Assembly (NCBI GenBank): GCA_041555445.1
Contig: JBFFKK010000001.1
Span: 64,418-128,417, forward strand
DNA length: 64,000 nucleotides
Source of the DNA: Sulfurimonadaceae bacterium
Lineage (GTDB): Bacteria > Campylobacterota > Campylobacteria > Campylobacterales > Sulfurimonadaceae
Reading direction: 5' to 3'
Position numbers and translations under genes: made by a program. This document shows positions 16,389 to 24,906 of the stretch, piece after piece. The notes beneath the pieces were generated by a model that ran no database searches, was not told the origin of the DNA, and saw only the letters and a list, made by a program, of their open reading frames with translations. Every line of letters starts with the position of its first letter. Positions within the stretch are counted from its first letter, which is position 1.

Positions 16389-18493
16389 CGTTTTTTCCAG
16401 ACACTCATCTGCGCGATCGTATGCTGATACTTGCGGGCAGTCTCGGGAATGACAAACGGGACATCATGCGTCGCGACAAGATCAAACCTTGGCGACAAGG
16501 CTTTTTTTAGCCCTTCAAGCGTGGTGATTTCTTTGCCGTTTTCGTCTCTGTAGCCGCCGAGCCAAAACTCTTTTTTGGTGTACTCTTCCAGCCAGGTATA
16601 CGGCGAAGTGAGGACCAGAAAGCCGCCGGTGTTCAGACGATGCTCAACATCGTTCAAGAACAGCATCGGCTCATACAGCCGGTCGATCAGGTTGGTTGCC
16701 ATGATCAGGTCATACCCGCTGAAATGGGGTTTGAGATTACAGGCATCCCCCTGCCAGAAGTCAACGTTTTGGGCGATCTCGCCGAAACCGAGCTCCTCGA
16801 GTGTCACACTCTCTTCTGCCGTAATGTCCCCCTCGACGACACGTTTAAAGGTGATCTTTTTATCATTCTTAAGAGCGAGCCCCGCCTGTATGAAACGGGC
16901 TGAAAAATCGATCCCCGTCACCTTGTCGAAACCGTGGGCCAGTTCAAAACTGGCCCGTCCCGTTGCACAGCCAAGGTCAAGGGCGTGCCCCATCGGTGTC
17001 CCTTTGGCGTACTCCAAAGCGTACTCGGCACACTTCTTCGCAAAGTTCTCGACACCAAAATGGTCAATCCCGTACTGGAAGTGGCAATACTGCGACACAA
17101 GCGCGTCACTCTCATAGATATTTGCTTTCTCTGTTGACATCGTCTCTCCTTCGACTACTCTAAAACCGGCGTGCTGGTAAAAATGGCGCCGGAACGCATA
17201 ACGTGAATGCTTCATTATCTCATTGCCGCTGCTCGCCCACGACCCCCCTTTGATGATGTTGTGTTTTCCGTCAAAGGTCGGCACGGAGAAATCATCATAG
17301 ACGTAGTGCGGCTCAAACCCTTTAAAGCCGTTCATATGGCTCTCCGTCCACTGCCAGACATTGCCCATCAGGTCGTAAAAGTCGCCGAAGGCGAATATGT
17401 CGACAGGACAGGAGGAGGCGTAATGTGAAAAGTTGATGTTGGCCCTGCTGTCGTCGAGCTCCGGCACATCCTTGATCCCGGCTCGCTCATACAGAAGGTA
17501 CCACTCCGCTTCGCTCAAAAGACGGTACGTTCTGCCCTCTTTTTCGCTTTTCCAGCGGCAGTAGGCCTTCGCTTCAAGGTAGTTGACGTCGACCGGCCAG
17601 TTCATCGGCATGGCAATGACCTCGGCCATCGCACGGTAGTCAAAGGTGCCGTCTCCTCTGTCGACCCAAAACGGCGGATGGGCCGCTTTCGAGCGTTCCA
17701 GAAAGCGCCTGCCCTCTTCGTCCCAAAACGCGGCATTTGTGTAGCCGCCGTCACGGACAAAGGCCAGGAACTCGCCGTTGGAGCAGAGGTACTTCGCGGC
17801 GCTGAAGGGCTTGACCTGCTCTTCTTGAACACCGTACTCATTGTCCCAGCCGTAGAGGTGGTGACTTCTCTCTTTGCCCAGCGTGACCTCGCCGCCGGCG
17901 ACATCGATCATGCTGTTGTGTGGTGCCGGTCCGCTCTTACTGCAAAGCGGAAAGTCGGCAACCGGTTTGACCTTCTCTATGGGAAGCTGGCGATGCAGCA
18001 CGCTCGAGGTCTCGATATGGATGCATTCATGTTCGATCCCCATCAGTATGACCCACCATGGGCTCTCCTGCGTGATGGGCAGGGTCAGAGGGAGTGTGGT
18101 GATAAGGTCATCGACAAGGGTACGCACCTCGCGACGGTACGCTCTGGCCTCCGAGACCTTCGGCCAGCGATAATTGCTGCTCTGCAGATCGTCCCAGTGC
18201 ATCTCGTCCACACCGATGGCGAACATTGACTCGAACTCGGGGTTGAGACGCTCATCGATCACCTTGGCGATCATCAGTTTGTTGACAAAGAAGGTGGCGG
18301 TATGGCCGAAATAGAAGATCAGCGGATGACGCGTCGGCTCGGGCTGTTCGTAGTAGACACTGTCATCGACAAAGATCGTAAACAGCTCTTCAAACAGATC
18401 ATAGGTCTTATGAAAATAGGCTCTGATCTCTTCGCGCTTTTGATCAGCATCACCGCCTGTCAACGTTACCGGCATCGTGTGGAGTGGGTGCAA
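16385..18493 (-). CDS. ovoA: 5-histidylcysteine sulfoxide synthase / mercaptohistidine N-methyltransferase OvoA
   Basis: 702 aa three-domain architecture. DinB-like N-terminus (HPLIFYFGHTATFFVNK), FGE-sulfatase domain (GNVWQWTES, GGSW), and a C-terminal SAM methyltransferase (ALDLGCATGRASFELA). Confidence 0.9.
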   Translation of the reverse strand: MHPLHTMPVTLTGGDADQKREEIRAYFHKTYDLFEELFTIFVDDSVYYEQPEPTRHPLIFYFGHTATFFVNKLMIAKVIDERLNPEFESMFAIGVDEMHWDDLQSSNYRWPKVSEARAYRREVRTLVDDLITTLPLTLPITQESPWWVILMGIEHECIHIETSSVLHRQLPIEKVKPVADFPLCSKSGPAPHNSMIDVAGGEVTLGKERSHHLYGWDNEYGVQEEQVKPFSAAKYLCSNGEFLAFVRDGGYTNAAFWDEEGRRFLERSKAAHPPFWVDRGDGTFDYRAMAEVIAMPMNWPVDVNYLEAKAYCRWKSEKEGRTYRLLSEAEWYLLYERAGIKDVPELDDSRANINFSHYASSCPVDIFAFGDFYDLMGNVWQWTESHMNGFKGFEPHYVYDDFSVPTFDGKHNIIKGGSWASSGNEIMKHSRYAFRRHFYQHAGFRVVEGETMSTEKANIYESDALVSQYCHFQYGIDHFGVENFAKKCAEYALEYAKGTPMGHALDLGCATGRASFELAHGFDKVTGIDFSARFIQAGLALKNDKKITFKRVVEGDITAEESVTLEELGFGEIAQNVDFWQGDACNLKPHFSGYDLIMATNLIDRLYEPMLFLNDVEHRLNTGGFLVLTSPYTWLEEYTKKEFWLGGYRDENGKEITTLEGLKKALSPRFDLVATHDVPFVIPETARKYQHTIAQMSVWKKR

Positions 18494-18663
18494 CTTCTCT
18501 CCTTCTTGTTTACGCTATTTTAGCAGATTCTCTTTTGGCAAGGCTTAGTAAGGCAGGCCGGATGCAAGACTTTAATATAGGGTGAAAATGTGCTCTAAAT
18601 TATTAAGATGAGAGAATAATGTGAAGTTTTGTAGAAGCACCCTAAAGTGCCATCTATTTAGAT

Positions 18664-18687
18664 GTTCCCATCAAAAACGATGGGAAC
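18664..18687 (-). terminator. 9-bp perfect hairpin downstream of the repeat lipoprotein gene
   Basis: GTTCCCATC (18664-18672) / GATGGGAAC (18679-18687) with a 6-nt loop, 22 nt past the TAG at 18709-18711. No clear U tract, so the terminator role is tentative. Confidence 0.35.
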
Positions 18688-18708
18688 AGACCATAGGTCT
18701 ATATCAGT

Positions 18709-20391
18709 CTAAGGTGCAAGCCACAAACGCGTGTCAAATTTACTATCATTAGTAACCGTAGCTGTTAGTGATGTTCGATCACTAGTACCTATGACTTGGA
18801 CAGGGTACCTAGTGGAATCGGCACTAGACAGCATACAACTATGTCCGGTTCCTCCACCATCACCTGCGAATTGAACAACAAGGTTTCTTTTTCCGTCATA
18901 TGCAAACGGTGTTACCGGGATCTCGATCCAATCACCCTGAACCAGTCCAGCTGGTACCGTAAAGTTTCCATCATAGACAACAGTCGCGTCATCAAAGTTG
19001 TCAGCAAATGTTGACGTCAACTGAGCAAGCGTTGTGTGACCCATCGTCACCAGATAATTAGGATACTCTGTTAACGTTGATGTTGCTGACTGCATACGGC
19101 AAGACACTTTTGAAATCATACCCGCTGTTCCAAGTTCTGTTGAACGGTAAAGAGCTTGTCGACTTGTACCCCCAGTTGCAGGGAAAACAAAACCTGTGCT
19201 ATTTGCACCATCAGTAATTACATCCGTCGTAGCACCGTTGAAGCGGAATTTTACGTGATACTCGGTCCCACCCAGGTCAGCAGTCGTAAGATCACCGACA
19301 TTAGCCGCGGCACGAACAAGATTCGCACTTGACGTATATCGAAGATCAATATCTCCTGTTCCGACCGGAACTTCGATGTCGACAAGCAGATTATCCGTTC
19401 CGTTGTAGTTGAAACTACCGTTTAACGGTACCCAGAACCAATCGCCCGCAACCAGACCAGCAGGTACTGTAAAGTTGATATCAGTCGCAACCGCTTTTAG
19501 ATCACTTGAATTATCGGCAAACGTACCTGTTAAGTCTGTTAACGTCGTATGTCCCAGCTTGACACTTACGGTAAAGGTTTGTTCCGTCGAAGGCTGATTC
19601 ATCTGGAAAGCCAAACCGGTAATCGGCCCTGAACCGTTAATATCCGCTACAGTATAAAGATTCTGCGTATGGGCAGATTGACTCGTAAATGGCCAGAAAT
19701 TATTACTTGTTCCAGACTTTTCTAGTTTATCAACTCCTCCCTCAAAAATAGCCTTCATATGTATCTGAGCCGCCGATGCAGTTCCTGTTGCAGCCACATC
19801 GCTTGATGTGTTGAAAACTGATGCATTATAAGCTGCTGGAGTCCCTTTTACACTAACAGATGCATCACAAGCCGCACTTCTTACAATTTCAACGACTAGA
19901 TTATCTACTCCATTGTAATGAAAAGACACATCTAGTGGCACATTAAAATAATCACCACTTGAACCAGCTGGTATCGTCAAGTTTAGATCCGTTGCTACTT
20001 CCATTCTACTACCAGATCCCGTTTCAACATTAGAGTCGTACGTAGAGGTTAAAGAAGCAATAGAAGTGTGTCCCATTTTTATGGTCACATTAGGACAAGA
20101 CACGTCTGCTACTAAGTCTGAATTCAGCTGGAACCCAAGGTTTGCCATGTTACCTGAACCTGAAATCTCAGCAGGGGTATATAGAAGCTGATATCTACTT
20201 AGATTTGTTCCAAACATACCCCCGAAACTTGCACCGCCGCCACCTTCGAAACTTTTTATAAACCCTCCTATCTCCAGCGCACTGCTGCCGCCTCCACCAC
20301 CGCCGCTGCTACTGTCGCTGCTACATGCTGTCATTGCGACTACCGCCGCGATCGACGCCAATACTGCCGTTGTCTTTTTGATCATTTTCAT
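18709..20391 (-). CDS. lipoprotein with three internal ~170-aa repeats, function unknown
   Basis: 560 aa. Signal plus lipobox-like AMTAC, then a Gly/Ser linker (SSGGGGGGSS). Three repeats each contain MGHT..(A/T).LT(S/G)T(Y/F).(D/S)N, then (L/F)T(I/V)PAG..GD(Y/W), then F.Y(N/D)G..NL(V/L)V. The DNA is visibly more AT-rich than its neighbours. Confidence 0.7.
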   Translation of the reverse strand: MKMIKKTTAVLASIAAVVAMTACSSDSSSGGGGGGSSALEIGGFIKSFEGGGGASFGGMFGTNLSRYQLLYTPAEISGSGNMANLGFQLNSDLVADVSCPNVTIKMGHTSIASLTSTYDSNVETGSGSRMEVATDLNLTIPAGSSGDYFNVPLDVSFHYNGVDNLVVEIVRSAACDASVSVKGTPAAYNASVFNTSSDVAATGTASAAQIHMKAIFEGGVDKLEKSGTSNNFWPFTSQSAHTQNLYTVADINGSGPITGLAFQMNQPSTEQTFTVSVKLGHTTLTDLTGTFADNSSDLKAVATDINFTVPAGLVAGDWFWVPLNGSFNYNGTDNLLVDIEVPVGTGDIDLRYTSSANLVRAAANVGDLTTADLGGTEYHVKFRFNGATTDVITDGANSTGFVFPATGGTSRQALYRSTELGTAGMISKVSCRMQSATSTLTEYPNYLVTMGHTTLAQLTSTFADNFDDATVVYDGNFTVPAGLVQGDWIEIPVTPFAYDGKRNLVVQFAGDGGGTGHSCMLSSADSTRYPVQVIGTSDRTSLTATVTNDSKFDTRLWLAP

Positions 20392-20608
20392 CTGTACTCC
20401 CTTGTACTTTAGATATAAGGGAAAAACATCCCTCGTATTTTCATTTTACTCTTAGTAAATGAAAAGTAAACTGAAATTTTACAAATATTAAAAAACATAT
20501 GATGTTAAAATACCATAGATAAAATGGCTTTATAACGTCACAAGTCTAATCTTTACCATCATGGGTTTATTTAAAAGCAATTACAGATCTTGATGTATAA
20601 TATGCCCT

Positions 20609-21370
20609 ATGTACTACATTGAAAGTCAGCAGCTTCACCCCTTTGCGAGGCTCATCCATACCTTTACCACCCGTCACGGCGGTATTTCCAAACTGCCATA
20701 CGAGAGTAACAACCTCGCCTTTCATGTCGGTGATGATGCAGGGGATGTGGTTAAAAACCATCGGCTGCTTGCCGATGCGTTGGGCTATGACTGCACCAAA
20801 CTGGTCCACATGCGACAGATCCACTCCGACATCGTCGTCATTGTCGATCCGAAAGTCCATGACTTTGCCCATCCGCCTGAATGTGACGCCCTCATCACCG
20901 ATCTGCCCGGCATCCCCCTGATGGTGATGACCGCCGACTGCACGCCCGTTCTTTTTTTCGATCCTGTACAAAACGTCATTGCCGTTGCCCACGCCGGACG
21001 TGCCGGTGCACTCAAGAACATTGTTGCGAAAACGGTACGGATGATGGGTGAAAACTACGGCAGCCGCCCGGAAGAGATCCGGGTCGCCCTCGGACCCTCG
21101 ATCCAGAGCTGCTGTTACGAAGTCGGCGAAGCGATCGGCAAAGAGGTCGGTGAAGGTCCCTACGGTTTTGCCGTAGTGATACGCGGAGGAAAGTATTTTC
21201 TGGAGGTCAACGCCATTATCCACAAGCAGCTTGAAGATATCGGCATCTTGCAATCGCACATCGACGACCTCAACATCTGCAACGCCTGCGAAAACGAGAC
21301 CTATTTTTCCTACCGGGCAGACAGGCAAAAGACCGGGCGCATCGCCGGGGTCATCATGCTGAAAGCATAA
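20609..21370 (+). CDS. pgeF: peptidoglycan editing factor PgeF (YfiH/DUF152, laccase-domain protein)
   Basis: 253 aa with the motifs HTFTTRHGG, QIHSD, DALITD, MTADCTPVLFFDP, AHAGRAG, CCYEVG and FSYR. Confidence 0.85.
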   Translation: MYYIESQQLHPFARLIHTFTTRHGGISKLPYESNNLAFHVGDDAGDVVKNHRLLADALGYDCTKLVHMRQIHSDIVVIVDPKVHDFAHPPECDALITDLPGIPLMVMTADCTPVLFFDPVQNVIAVAHAGRAGALKNIVAKTVRMMGENYGSRPEEIRVALGPSIQSCCYEVGEAIGKEVGEGPYGFAVVIRGGKYFLEVNAIIHKQLEDIGILQSHIDDLNICNACENETYFSYRADRQKTGRIAGVIMLKA

Positions 21371-21384
21371 AATCCAAAGCAAAA

Positions 21385-21409
21385 CTTTTACATCAAATCA
21401 ATGCGTTAC
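21385..21409. repeat. copy 1 of a perfect 25-bp direct repeat CTTTTACATCAAATCAATGCGTTAC
   Basis: Read directly from the sequence. Identical to 21703-21727. Partial similarity extends about 10 nt upstream (AAAGC...). Confidence 0.9.
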
Positions 21410-21702
21410 TTATAGTCGTATCCAACTTTTCTAAATTACTTTATAGCGCTAGTATTCAACTTTTTTTCTCTGCTCGTACAGAGAAAAAACCTTGAGGAAA
21501 AAAAGAGAATACGATACCCTCCGGCCACTATTCATTTTTTACAAGTATCAACTCAATACCTCCGTGTATTTTCGCACTACTGCGAAAATTAATATCCTCA
21601 CGTACTTGATTTTTTGAACTGCCTGAATAGAATTTCCATAATCTCATTGCGGTATAAAGAGTGGTTACTGCCAAACAGCACAAACAGGGATAAAAGCGTA
21701 AG

Positions 21703-21727
21703 CTTTTACATCAAATCAATGCGTTAC
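21703..21727. repeat. copy 2 of a perfect 25-bp direct repeat CTTTTACATCAAATCAATGCGTTAC
   Basis: Identical to 21385-21409, 318 bp downstream. Its 5' end is part of a 7-bp hairpin with a GTAA loop (21691-21708). Confidence 0.9.
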
Positions 21728-22060
21728 CTTGTAAATCATTTGTAACATCTGCAGAACTGACTGGAGTATTTTTATATGCGTTAAGAAAATCACTCTGTTT
21801 GAGCGTAGCGAGTGCCAAAGGCGTTAAAAAAAAGGCAAATTTCTTTGCGTTTTTTAGCCGACGCGCCAAACCGTTATGCGCAGCATCGGTTCGGCAGTTT
21901 TTAGAAACGCAGAGAATGTAAGGAAGGTACCCGACAGCACGTCGGGTTCGAAGCCGTTACAAGAGCTTTTTTGTTTCTTTTTTTGCGACAAAAAAAAGAA
22001 AAGGGTGCAAAACAAAGTTTGATATTTAGAAATAGCTATCCAACAAAAGAGTACTAAATA

Positions 22061-23881
22061 TTAAAGCGCCGCTTGTACTCGCTCAACAAGCTTCTCCGGA
22101 CTCAACCCAAGCGAAGCTTCGACCCGCTTGGTATTACCGTGCGTAATGAACGCATCGTCGTACTCGAAACTGGTCAGTTCGATGTTGTTGATCTTTGCAT
22201 CGGCCAGGAACTCGAGGATCGCCGAACCGACCCCGCCCATCTTGGCACTGTCGCTGAAGACGAACCACTTCGTATGCTTTTCTGCCAGCGCTTTTAACAT
22301 CGCTGTATCGAGCGGTTTGACAAAACGCAGGTCAAGCAGGGCGACATCCTCGTCCATCAACGCTGCGGTCTGAGCCGCACGTCCGACACCGTTGCCGTAA
22401 CCGATAAAGAGGATGTCGCCCTCGCTTTCGGCCAGAAGCTGCGCCTTCCCCTCTTCAAAAGGTACGGCCTCCGGAAGGTCTGCCTCCAGAAATGCCCCCC
22501 TCGGGTAGCGCAGCGAAAGCGGGTGGTCATACCGGCTCGCAAACTCTATGGCATGATGGAACGACTTCTCATCCCTCGGCGCACAGAGACGCATGTTCGG
22601 AATGGCGCGCATGAAGCTGACGTCGAATGCCCCCTGGTGCGTCTCGCCATCCTCACCGACCGTTCCTGCCCTGTCCATCGCAAAGACAACCGGCAGATCC
22701 ATCAGACAGACATCGTGGATCACCTGGTCGTAGCCGCGCTGCATAAAGGTCGAATAGATGGTACAAAAAGGCTTGAACCCTTCGGCAGCCAGCGCCCCCA
22801 TCGAGGTCACCGCATGCTGCTCGGCAATAGCGGCATCCCAAAAACGGTCAGGGTACTTCTCAAGCAGTGGCGTCAAGCCGGTACCGCCCGGCATCGCGGC
22901 CGTGACACCGACCACCTTGTCGTTCTTTTCGCAAAGCTCCAGCATCGCTTCGGTGTAGATCTGCGTTGCTGCTTTGGCACCGCTTTTAGGTGCAGCCGAA
23001 CCGCTTTCACGGTCAAACGGGCCGACCCCGTGCCACTTTTCATGCTGGCCTTCGGCGATCTTGTACCCTTTGCCCTTTACGGTCTGTGCATGGATGATCA
23101 CCGGTTTTTTAAGCGCTTTGGCCTTCTCGAAGGTCTCGATAAGAATCTCGAGGTTATGACCGTCTACGGGGCCGATGTACTCGATGCCCAGCTCATCAAA
23201 CAAGATACCCGGGGTGATCAGCTTGAAGGACTCTTCAAAACGTTTGGCAAGATAATGTGCACCCTCGCCGAAATTGTCGACGAACGACTCGGTACGCCGT
23301 TTGAACTTCTGGTAAAACGGGCTTGCCATCGTCGAGGTCAGGATGCGCGACAGCGCTCCGATCGGTTTGGCGATACTCATCTCGTTGTCGTTGAGGATGA
23401 TCACCATCGGATACTTACGGTCACCCAGCTCGTTCATCGCCTCAAAGGCCATCCCCGCCGTGATGGAGCCGTCACCGATCATCGCGACCGGGACACGGCT
23501 CTCCTGTTCGCCTTTGAGTGCGATCGCCTTGGCCGCACCGACCCCGAGAGAGATAGAGGTCGAGCTGTGACCGGCGACAAAGAAGTCGTCTTCCGACTCG
23601 GAAGGTTTTGTATAGCCGCAGATCCCCCCGTACTGACGGAGCGTACTGAATGCATCCCACCGGTCGGTGATCAGTTTATGCGCATACGCCTGATGCGAAA
23701 CGTCAAAGATAAACGGGTCTTTTTTAGAGTCAAAGACCTTATGCATCGCGACGATCAGTTCGGTAGCGCCCAGTGTCGAACTGAGGTGACCGCCGTTGAC
23801 ACTGACCACCTCCAGGATACGTTCACGGATATCACCACAAAGCTTCTGTAGTTCATCTAATGAATATGATGATATGTCCAT
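22061..23881 (-). CDS. dxs: 1-deoxy-D-xylulose-5-phosphate synthase
   Basis: Motifs GGHLSSTLG, DVSHQAY, GHSSTSIS, IGDGSITAGMAFEA and AEQHAV. The start is set to ATG 23881 (MDISSY), which has GAGG 6 nt upstream. The track ORF starts at 23923. Confidence 0.95.
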   Translation of the reverse strand: MDISSYSLDELQKLCGDIRERILEVVSVNGGHLSSTLGATELIVAMHKVFDSKKDPFIFDVSHQAYAHKLITDRWDAFSTLRQYGGICGYTKPSESEDDFFVAGHSSTSISLGVGAAKAIALKGEQESRVPVAMIGDGSITAGMAFEAMNELGDRKYPMVIILNDNEMSIAKPIGALSRILTSTMASPFYQKFKRRTESFVDNFGEGAHYLAKRFEESFKLITPGILFDELGIEYIGPVDGHNLEILIETFEKAKALKKPVIIHAQTVKGKGYKIAEGQHEKWHGVGPFDRESGSAAPKSGAKAATQIYTEAMLELCEKNDKVVGVTAAMPGGTGLTPLLEKYPDRFWDAAIAEQHAVTSMGALAAEGFKPFCTIYSTFMQRGYDQVIHDVCLMDLPVVFAMDRAGTVGEDGETHQGAFDVSFMRAIPNMRLCAPRDEKSFHHAIEFASRYDHPLSLRYPRGAFLEADLPEAVPFEEGKAQLLAESEGDILFIGYGNGVGRAAQTAALMDEDVALLDLRFVKPLDTAMLKALAEKHTKWFVFSDSAKMGGVGSAILEFLADAKINNIELTSFEYDDAFITHGNTKRVEASLGLSPEKLVERVQAAL

Positions 23882-23950
23882 GTTTACCTCATTACTTGGA
23901 AGCGCTGCAGTAACCCTGTTCAAGCGGAACAGGCTTACTGAGCCTCCTCT

Positions 23951-24889
23951 TTATATAGTGCGAATTCTACCATCATCTCTTAGTTGTTCTGCTAAGAGAT
24001 AAAGATTTTCAACCGCATTCCGGCTTTTTGTCAGATCAGAAACGGGCAGTGATGCCATCACTTTTTTAAATTCGCCCGCTGCCTTTGACGACATATTAGC
24101 AAAGAACCTCTCCTGCAACTCTTGTGTTACAGCCGTGAGTGCGAACATAAGGTCTTTTTTATTTACACGGCGCAGGATCTCCTGTATCTCTCTGTTGTTT
24201 AACTGTTGCAAAGCGACACACTCTTTTTGCAGCAGGAAGAACTCTTTGTACAGAGCTCTTTCCAGGCGTGTCAACGCCGCATACGAAACCGGTTCACTGT
24301 TTTCAAGGCGCGCCAGCAGAACTTCCCTCTGCCCCGCATGCATCTGCTCCAATATGTCCAACGCTTTGTTTGGGTCCAGCATCAACACTGTAACCGCCGC
24401 AATTTGAGGGTGCTGCTGATCGAGGTAGCGAAGAGCCTTGTCGGCCGCAGACGCCTCGAGCAGCGCATAGCCATCCCTCGTTTTCAGAGGGGCCGTAATC
24501 AATTCGTCTCTGGCCTTTTTCAACTGCAGGCCAAGCATTTCGCGGCCGCTTGGCGGCCTGTCAACCACAGGCGCCTCCTCTTTCGGTTTGGAGGTCGTAT
24601 CACTCTTTAAATGCTTCTCTTGGGCTAACGGACGTGCCGTCTCATGCAGTGGATCATTCGCAGATAGATAGTAGACGATGAAGGTCGCGGCACTTATAAT
24701 CAGCACTAACAGAAGGTAGATGATATAGATGGCGACATCAACAAAAATGTCGGAGAGGGCCGTCGCTTGCGACAGCTCGGACGTGGCGTAAAGAAGCAGT
24801 AGAAGCGCACCGACAAGAAGTGCCAGTAAGAGCTTTGCGCGTCGTAACAGGAGCTGTTTTACATACTGTACCAACGCTTCTATCTTCAC
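23951..24889 (-). CDS. membrane-anchored FliG-like protein (two N-terminal TM helices plus FliG middle/C-terminal-like domains)
   Basis: 312 aa. TM1 is LLLALLVGALLLLLY and TM2 is VAIYIIYLLLVLIISAATFIVYYL. Then QQHPQIAAVTVLMLDPNKALDILEQMHAGQREVLLARLE (FliG_M/MgtE-N-like) and EILRRVNKKDLMFALTAVTQELQERFFANMSSKAAGEFKKVM...AVENLYLLAEQLRDDGRI (FliG_C-like). Confidence 0.75.
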   Translation of the reverse strand: MKIEALVQYVKQLLLRRAKLLLALLVGALLLLLYATSELSQATALSDIFVDVAIYIIYLLLVLIISAATFIVYYLSANDPLHETARPLAQEKHLKSDTTSKPKEEAPVVDRPPSGREMLGLQLKKARDELITAPLKTRDGYALLEASAADKALRYLDQQHPQIAAVTVLMLDPNKALDILEQMHAGQREVLLARLENSEPVSYAALTRLERALYKEFFLLQKECVALQQLNNREIQEILRRVNKKDLMFALTAVTQELQERFFANMSSKAAGEFKKVMASLPVSDLTKSRNAVENLYLLAEQLRDDGRIRTI

Positions 24890-24906
24890 AGGTCGCGGCT
24901 CACATA

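Noticed and set aside
20567-21382. 271-aa minus-strand ORF opposite pgeF
   Set aside because: It is an antisense shadow ORF with no motif, whereas the opposite frame has clear PgeF family blocks.
21929-21960. Possible tRNA or tRNA fragment (GGTTCGAAGCC T-loop-like sequence after a 7-bp hairpin)
   Set aside because: The bases flanking the T-loop-like heptamer do not pair into a T-stem. I could fold no acceptor or anticodon arms on either strand. At best this is a remnant, and it is mentioned in the spacer finding.
22523-23851. 442-aa plus-strand ORF opposite dxs
   Set aside because: It is an antisense shadow ORF. Its translation is R/H/G/P-rich with no motif, whereas the opposite frame has clear Dxs family blocks.
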